Positions 61,901 to 64,000 of a DNA stretch of 64,000 nucleotides are shown here, piece by piece (position 1 is the first letter of the stretch; every line of letters begins with the position of its first letter). This DNA comes from Chrysemys picta bellii. Taxonomy: Eukaryota. A model generated the notes under the pieces. It saw only the letters and a program-made list of their open reading frames with translations. It ran no database searches and was not told the DNA's origin. The stretch is taken from assembly GCF_011386835.1 (NCBI RefSeq), contig NC_088793.1:153512001-153576000 (forward strand), written 5' to 3'. Position numbers and translations under genes: made by a program.

Positions 61901-64000
61901 TCCATCCAGCTCTTCTCCAACTTCAGGTAACCTTGCCTGCTTAGGGTAGGAGACTGTTTCTTTCAACAGCATCTCAAAGAATGTTTTGTTTAATTATGCT
62001 TAAATAATTATTAATTATTGGACTGTGGAAAAATTATGCCAAGCAAGGACCTTACTTGCTATAGCTAATTAAGAGGTATGATGCCAAACCATCCTTGTAG
62101 GGACTATTCAGATGAAGTGATTGCAGTCAACTTATTTACTGCAGATAACTCCTGCACTGTGCAAAATTTAAGGGCTGACACATCCTATAAATGGAGTGGT
62201 CTAGTGCTTAGGTCAGTGGATTTGAAGGCAGGACTCCATAGTTTGTGGTCCAATAGCTGGTAGTATTCAACTTGTTTATGAGCATAATGCCTCTTTTCGT
62301 ACCCTGCTCTGCCTTGTTGCAGCAGTTACTGTCAACACGCCTTCTCTGTAATACTGAATCACCCTATCCTCATTCTGGTCTCCCTAACACTGGAGGTTGG
62401 TCACTGGCCTCCAGCAATGCGGCATGACTTGCTCCTTGCTCTCATATCTAGCAATGATGGAAAAGCATGGTTCTGTTCCCCGTTCAGGTTTAACTGCATC
62501 TCTTTGCCTTACAGTGCATGCCCTCAAACCAGCTGATGTGCGAGTGATAGCAGCTCTGGGGGATTCTTTGACTGTAAGGAGCTTTGTGCTTTTTCTGTCT
62601 TGTTTTTTGTGTTTGCTGATGGAACAACAGAATGTTCTGCCTGCTCAGACTGGGGTGGGGGTTGGAGGGAGGAGTTGAGACTTGTGCTGGGGTAGTGAAA
62701 TACTCATTGATAGGCAGAAGACAGAGATCTAGAGCAGGGGACAAGGTGTCAGATCTCCTGGACTCCAATCCTAACATTGCACCTGAATTGTATGAATTTA
62801 GGCAGGTCATTTAAGCACCTGCTTAAATACTTTGCTGGATCTGGGGCCAGAGGGTAAGTCCCATTGAAATCAGTGGGGCTTAAGCACATGCTCTAAGTTA
62901 AGCACAAGGTTAAGTACTCTGCTGAATAGGATGTACTGCAGAACCTGTGTCTCAGTTCGTTCTGCCTGATAATTAGCTATTGCCTTCTCTTGTGGTGCAG
63001 GGTTTTTTTTCCTAGTTAAGTAAAATGGCTTTTGCCTGTTTGGAGATGAGTGCGAAAGAAAAGAGCCAAAATATTCAGACTCTTCACTGTGCTTGATTAA
63101 CTGATAACCAGTTTCTTTATCAAACTCACCATGGCCTTAGTCCTCAGTGAGGATGATCTCCTTTCATGTGTTTAGTAGGCATTTCACTTCCAAATAATGG
63201 AGTCCTAAGAATATTTGTGCACGCACACCACCCAACTTTCTGGCAGGTCTGATGTTGCAGATTTCTGCATCCATGAGCCCATTGAAATCAGCACAAACAT
63301 TTGAATAATTACATACCATGTTGATCGCTATAGTCAGGATTCAACTACAGTTGCCACGCGATACTATCTGATAGTATGAGATACAGCAGTTGTTGCTGCT
63401 ATTTTGGTATCTCATACCCTTGTGTAGGAACTATGGATACATTTAGTCTTTGGAGAAATAGCAGTTGCACATACATATCTGAGGGCAGAATTTGGCCCAT
63501 TGCATGGCTGTTTTAATGTTCAATCTCCTGTCATGTGACAAAACTCATATTCAGGGGAAATGGTGGTACAGCTGCCCTGAAGATTTTATTGGCTGGAGTT
63601 TGAGATGGCTGCATTACTTATGAGTAGTGAAACCCTGAATGAATTATACAGCTCATCCAGACTCATGCCAATGCAACCTTTATATACTATACCATGCACT
63701 CATCTATTTTGTTTATGCCATGTGTACAGCAATACTATGTAAAGAATTTTTAAAAATGAATTGGTGCTATTTTTCATAACACTCTTCCTGAAAAGCCAGG
63801 TGCCAAAGTATCACAAGCCCAAATGTAACAGGCTTTTAAGGAGAGACCTGTTTATTAAATAAAAAATTAAGATCACCAAATATATGTATGGCCAAAATGT
63901 TAATAGTTCAGTCTTTGTCTTGGTTTAAATTTTTTTTAGGCTGGTAATGGAATTGGTGCTGAACCAAACAATATCTTGGATATGAACACAGAGTATCGGG
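1090..64000 (+). CDS. PLB1: Phospholipase B1, membrane-associated (partial gene, 30 exons, repeats I, II and start of III)
   Basis: 30 GT-AG exons with compatible phases join into one frame containing [70 protein letters not shown] and ALWNNMLEPVG, characteristic of the PLB1 tandem SGNH repeats. Confidence 0.96.
1495..1800 (+). mobile_element. Old CR1 LINE 3' fragment
   Basis: TTGGAACAGGTTACCAAGAGATGTGGTGGATTTTCCATC plus a CR1-type 3' UTR ending AGATGACC..CCCTTCTGGC. Confidence 0.7.
3277..3317 (+). CDS. PLB1: PLB1 window exon 2: [13 protein letters not shown](S)
   Basis: ttacag/gtaaca, phase 0 to 2 as required; weak sequence similarity. Confidence 0.65.
4494..4537 (+). CDS. PLB1: PLB1 window exon 3: [14 protein letters not shown]
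   Basis: tttatag/gtgtgt, 44 bp, phase 2 to 1, same size as paralogue 44602-44645. Confidence 0.72.
5342..5426 (+). CDS. PLB1: PLB1 window exon 4: [27 protein letters not shown]
   Basis: gttcag/gtaagt, phase 1 to 2; RFNPS matches REFNPS of repeat II. Confidence 0.8.
5627..6941. mobile_element. Non-autonomous hAT (Tip100/MER45-like TIR) element with a nested insertion
   Basis: Ends CAGGACCCGATT / AATCCGGCCCTT; 8-bp TSD CTGTGGCT / CTGTGGCC. Confidence 0.7.
6331..6702. mobile_element. Nested hAT MITE
   Basis: TIR CAGAGCCGGCTTTAGG / CCTAAAGCCGGCCCTG; TSD GGAACGGC / GGAACGGT. Confidence 0.8.
7167..7218 (+). CDS. PLB1: PLB1 window exon 5: [17 protein letters not shown]
   Basis: caacag/gtatat, 52 bp like paralogue 47229-47280. 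Confidence 0.88.
7770..8052. mobile_element. Harbinger-type MITE, intact ends
   Basis: TIR GGCTACATCTACACTAC / GTAGTGTAGACCTAGCC; 3-bp duplication AAT; several internal hairpins. Confidence 0.82.
8641..8727 (+). CDS. PLB1: PLB1 window exon 6: [29 protein letters not shown]
   Basis: tttcag/gtaagc; DWKLIT motif. Confidence 0.92.
9159..9981. mobile_element. Solo LTR (Gypsy/ERV-like)
   Basis: Starts TGTCAGGG, ends TATGATA (TG..CA decayed); internal direct repeat TTAACCCTTTACAGG x2; TSD not clear. Confidence 0.65.
10163..10290. mobile_element. Truncated Harbinger-type MITE end
   Basis: TAA followed by GGTATGTCTACACTGCAG terminus. Confidence 0.5.
11693..11755 (+). CDS. PLB1: PLB1 window exon 7: [21 protein letters not shown]
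   Basis: ttaacag/gtaaga, phase 0-0. Confidence 0.87.
11996..12355. mobile_element. hAT MITE with two internal tandem hairpin units
   Basis: TIR CAGGGCCTCC / GGCGGCCCTG; TSD CTTTATAC / CTTTATAG; unit GGGGCCCTTCAGT..ACTGAAGGG(G)CCCC twice. Confidence 0.85.
12991..14202 (+). mobile_element. Young 5'-truncated CR1 LINE (RT C-terminal half + 3' UTR)
   Basis: ORFs 13012-13200 and 13236-14108 encode [18 protein letters not shown] and KFADDTKL; one frameshift near 13198; (ATCTATGA)n tail. Confidence 0.95.
14425..14760 (+). mobile_element. LF-SINE-like ancient SINE
   Basis: Collinear blocks TTTCACCTCTAGG, ATGTAAAATGAGTT, GGCCAAGGACTGAAT, GGTCCCTCCTGGTCAAGGG and CTGTACCAGTTCTGTGAATAA resemble the LF-SINE consensus as recalled. 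Confidence 0.65.
14845..14927 (+). CDS. PLB1: PLB1 window exon 8: [27 protein letters not shown]
   Basis: ctgtag/gtaaag; VPxAFVNLV motif. Confidence 0.92.
15430..15625 (-). mobile_element. AmnSINE1/Deu-SINE-like fragment
   Basis: TTTGGCCAGTACACCAGGG..CTACTCTTGTAAAAAGTGCC..GATCTTTAAT..CAGGAC..GTTTTAC block; 5S-derived head not present. Confidence 0.5.
16160..16238 (+). CDS. PLB1: PLB1 window exon 9: [26 protein letters not shown]
   Basis: ctgcag/gtatgg; CxC and WSYQ motifs. Confidence 0.9.
16936..17040 (+). CDS. PLB1: PLB1 window exon 10: [35 protein letters not shown]
   Basis: atttag/gtgagt, 105 bp like paralogue 55552-55656. Confidence 0.93.
17116..18574 (-). mobile_element. CR1 LINE, antisense, internally deleted
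   Basis: Minus-strand ORFs 17378-17602 ([15 protein letters not shown]), 17781-18110 ([16 protein letters not shown]) and 18144-18380 ([13 protein letters not shown]); CATAGAAT-like tail at 17116. Confidence 0.93.
18700..19435 (-). mobile_element. Vingi/Ingi (I-group)-like non-LTR retrotransposon fragment
   Basis: Minus-strand frameshifted translation: [67 protein letters not shown]; distinct from CR1 RT. Confidence 0.65.
19446..19611 (+). mobile_element. CR1 3' end fragment
   Basis: GGAGGCTGTGGAATCCC..AGATGACCTCTTGAGGTCCCTTCCAAC..TATGATTCTA. Confidence 0.8.
20331..20426 (+). CDS. PLB1: PLB1 window exon 11: [32 protein letters not shown]
   Basis: ttccag/gtaaga, 96 bp like paralogue 56121-56216; LWNNM motif. 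Confidence 0.88.
22909..22998 (+). mobile_element. Penelope-like element terminal-repeat fragment inserted in the CR1 endonuclease
   Basis: TTTGTTAGTCTCTAAGGTGCCACAAG..GATACAGACTAACACGGCTGCTACTCTG, homologous to the arms of 40233-40513; interrupts CR1 TGTAC|(C/T)ATAGAATC. Confidence 0.75.
23908..24094 (-). mobile_element. tRNA-derived turtle SINE with CR1-like 3' tail, inserted in the inner CR1
   Basis: Minus strand GGGAGGGATAGCTCAGTGGTTTGAGCATT (A box)..GAATTCAATC (B box-like), then a CR1-type tail GGACTTGATGACCTTTCAAGG. Confidence 0.85.
26332..26790. mobile_element. Non-autonomous DNA transposon (hAT-like) with subterminal 43-bp inverted repeat
   Basis: Ends TAAGGCTAAG / CATAGCTTTA; IR 26343-26385 vs 26411-26453; related piece at about 41670-42150. 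Confidence 0.65.
27467..28204 (-). mobile_element. CpG-rich solo LTR
   Basis: TGTGACG...GCCACA termini; flanks GAAGC / CAAGC; TATAAA on minus strand at 28086-28091; internal duplicated CCCTCGGGTGGAGGGTAGC unit. Confidence 0.7.
29950..30815 (-). mobile_element. Old CR1 LINE 3' portion
   Basis: Minus-strand [22 protein letters not shown] resembles the CR1 RT C-terminus; GAACATAGGAATTGCC tail end. Confidence 0.72.
31349..31820 (+). mobile_element. Possible degenerate solo LTR
   Basis: TGTGACAG start, CCAAT, ATAAG and AATAAA in LTR-like order; ends poorly defined. Confidence 0.35.
32292..32360 (+). CDS. PLB1: PLB1 window exon 12: [23 protein letters not shown]
   Basis: ttctag/gtaaga; EPVG..CPSQ motif. 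Confidence 0.92.
32878..32958 (+). CDS. PLB1: PLB1 window exon 13: [27 protein letters not shown]
   Basis: ctgcag/gtacaa; [11 protein letters not shown] motif. Confidence 0.9.
35126..35192 (+). CDS. PLB1: PLB1 window exon 14: [22 protein letters not shown]
   Basis: ttccag/gtacag, phase 0 to 1. Confidence 0.88.
36672..37113. mobile_element. Old DNA transposon relic (hAT-like)
   Basis: Imperfect TIR TAGGCATGGCAAAATT / AATCCTTCCAAGCCTA; TSD not convincing. Confidence 0.45.
37629..38858. mobile_element. hAT (Blackjack-type TIR) non-autonomous element with G-rich internal minisatellite
   Basis: TIR TAGGGTTACCAT / ATGGTAACCCTA; perfect TSD CCGATGAC; GGGGGCAGTCAGGGGACAAGG repeats at about 38200-38760. 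Confidence 0.92.
38964..39086. mobile_element. 123-bp hAT (Blackjack-type) MITE
   Basis: TIR TAGGGTGACCAGA / TCTGGTCACCCTA; perfect TSD CATGAATA. Confidence 0.92.
39193..39251 (+). CDS. PLB1: PLB1 window exon 15 (repeat II, catalytic Ser): [20 protein letters not shown]
   Basis: ttcttag/gtaagt; GDS nucleophile, Ser codon TCG at 39243-39245. Confidence 0.95.
40314..40354 (-). ncRNA. Minimal type I hammerhead ribozyme motif, core intact
   Basis: Minus strand GCAU-CUGAAGA-A-GUGAGGUUCUUACCCAC-GAAA-GC-UU-AUGC: CUGANGA and GAAA core, stem I GCAU/AUGC, stem II GUG/CAC, palindromic AGCU stem III. Confidence 0.7.
40417..40457 (+). ncRNA. Minimal hammerhead ribozyme motif, core mutated (GAAA to AAAA at 40446)
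   Basis: Same as the minus-strand copy except at the G12-equivalent position. Confidence 0.6.
40560..41437 (+). mobile_element. CR1 3' portion interrupted by a MITE
   Basis: CTGGAATACTGTGTCCAGTTCTGG; ORF 40812-41015 ([22 protein letters not shown]); tail CTATGATTCTATG. Confidence 0.92.
41018..41351. mobile_element. Fold-back hAT (Charlie-type) MITE
   Basis: TIR CAGGGGTCGGCAA / TTGCCGACCCCTG; perfect TSD GTCTAGAT; inverted arms extend about 150 bp. Confidence 0.93.
42513..42586 (+). CDS. PLB1: PLB1 window exon 16: [24 protein letters not shown]
   Basis: tatcag/gtgagt. Confidence 0.95.
43803..44176. mobile_element. Tc1/mariner (Tigger-like) MITE
   Basis: Imperfect TIR CAGTA(G)AACCTCAGA(G)TTA / TAACTCTGAGGTTCT(A)CTG. 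Confidence 0.55.
44602..44645 (+). CDS. PLB1: PLB1 window exon 17: [14 protein letters not shown]
   Basis: taacag/gtaagt. Confidence 0.93.
45503..45611 (+). CDS. PLB1: PLB1 window exon 18: [35 protein letters not shown]
   Basis: ttccag/gtaagt. Confidence 0.95.
47229..47280 (+). CDS. PLB1: PLB1 window exon 19: [17 protein letters not shown]
   Basis: atttag/gtgagt. Confidence 0.93.
47462..47551. mobile_element. Short palindromic Harbinger-type MITE relic
   Basis: GTCTTCATTAC...GTGGAGAC ends; internal IR TTTTACAGTGAGATAACTA / TAGTTACCTTGCTGTAAAA. Confidence 0.45.
48602..48682 (+). CDS. PLB1: PLB1 window exon 20: [27 protein letters not shown]
   Basis: atacag/gtaagt; SGNH block III GGND. Confidence 0.95.
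49440..49765 (+). mobile_element. Old CR1 3' fragment
   Basis: AGAACAATGGGATGAAATT..ATGAATATCA..GACAAGATGACCTAATAG. Confidence 0.55.
50247..50312 (+). CDS. PLB1: PLB1 window exon 21: [22 protein letters not shown]
   Basis: caacag/gtaaaa. Confidence 0.93.
50487..50829. mobile_element. hAT (Charlie-type) MITE
   Basis: TIR CAGGGGTTCTCAAAC / GTTTGAGAACCGCTG; perfect TSD CTCTAATC. Confidence 0.92.
51443..51543 (+). CDS. PLB1: PLB1 window exon 22: [33 protein letters not shown]
   Basis: tggcag/gtttga; phase 0 to 2 fits the next exon. Confidence 0.92.
53484..54429. mobile_element. hAT (Charlie-type) non-autonomous element
   Basis: TIR CAGTGGTTCCCAAACT / AGTTTGGGAACCACTG; perfect TSD CCTTACAT. 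Confidence 0.93.
53935..54127. mobile_element. Nested hAT MITE
   Basis: TIR CAGAGGCGCCAGTA / TACTGGTGCCTCTG; TSD ATAAGAGC / ATAGGAGC. Confidence 0.85.
54653..54734 (+). CDS. PLB1: PLB1 window exon 23: [27 protein letters not shown]
   Basis: ctgcag/gtaagg. Confidence 0.93.
55552..55656 (+). CDS. PLB1: PLB1 window exon 24: [35 protein letters not shown]
   Basis: ttttag/gtaaaa. Confidence 0.94.
56121..56216 (+). CDS. PLB1: PLB1 window exon 25 (catalytic Asp/His): [32 protein letters not shown]
   Basis: ccccag/gtaaga; SGNH block V DxxH at 56154-56165. Confidence 0.95.
56735..56806 (+). CDS. PLB1: PLB1 window exon 26: [24 protein letters not shown]
   Basis: atgcag/gtaggt. Confidence 0.93.
57588..57710 (+). 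CDS. PLB1: PLB1 window exon 27: [41 protein letters not shown]
   Basis: ccatag acceptor; [10 protein letters not shown] motif; donor gtagag at 57711 (in-frame alternative gtaaca at 57654, so the 3' end is uncertain). Confidence 0.8.
58290..58570 (+). pseudogene. Harbinger Myb/SANT-like ORF remnant
   Basis: [40 protein letters not shown], stop-interrupted trihelix-like pattern. Confidence 0.6.
58905..58960. repeat. (CA)n microsatellite
   Basis: About 28 CA units with one interruption. Confidence 0.97.
59255..59380 (-). mobile_element. CR1-tailed SINE / CR1 3' fragment inserted in the Harbinger
   Basis: CATAGAATAGAATAGAAT tail, GGAAGGGACCTCAGGAGGTCATCTAGTCC, then TTTTGCCCC..TCCCTAAA shared with the SINE at 23908-24094. 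Confidence 0.8.
60520..61420 (-). pseudogene. Harbinger DDE transposase remnant (HARBI1-like)
   Basis: [60 protein letters not shown] and [11 protein letters not shown], broken by frameshifts and stops. Confidence 0.88.
61866..61926 (+). CDS. PLB1: PLB1 window exon 28: [20 protein letters not shown]
   Basis: ttttag/gtaacc, phase 0 to 1. Confidence 0.92.
62515..62573 (+). CDS. PLB1: PLB1 window exon 29 (repeat III): [20 protein letters not shown]
   Basis: ttacag/gtaagg; GDSL motif. Confidence 0.95.
63940..64000 (+). CDS. PLB1: PLB1 window exon 30 (cut by window end): [21 protein letters not shown]
   Basis: poly-T-ag acceptor; paralogous to 42513-42586. Confidence 0.92.

Overview
Vertebrate genomic DNA, very probably from a turtle (inferred from the repeat families: CR1 LINEs, a tRNA-derived SINE with a CR1-like tail, and Harbinger/hAT MITEs). 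The whole window lies inside one + strand gene, PLB1 (membrane-associated phospholipase B1, a multi-repeat SGNH/GDSL lipase). I traced 30 consecutive GT-AG exons (1090-64000) that splice into one open frame of about 750 codons. They cover repeat I (14 exons, catalytic motifs degenerate), repeat II (14 exons, intact GDSIT / GGND / DCFH) and the start of repeat III (GDSLT). The gene start and end lie outside the window. Introns are packed with mobile elements: CR1 (some nested), a Vingi/Ingi-like LINE fragment, solo LTRs, many hAT MITEs with 8-bp TSDs, a 3.8-kb decayed Harbinger, ancient LF-SINE/AmnSINE/MIR-like relics and Penelope-derived pieces. The most striking non-coding object is a TSD-flanked, 117-bp-arm palindrome at 40233-40513 carrying two inverted minimal hammerhead-ribozyme motifs; only the antisense one has an intact core. 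Almost all ORFs in the supplied track are repeat-derived or spurious. Coordinates were counted by hand, and repeat family names come from recognition of motifs, not from database searches.
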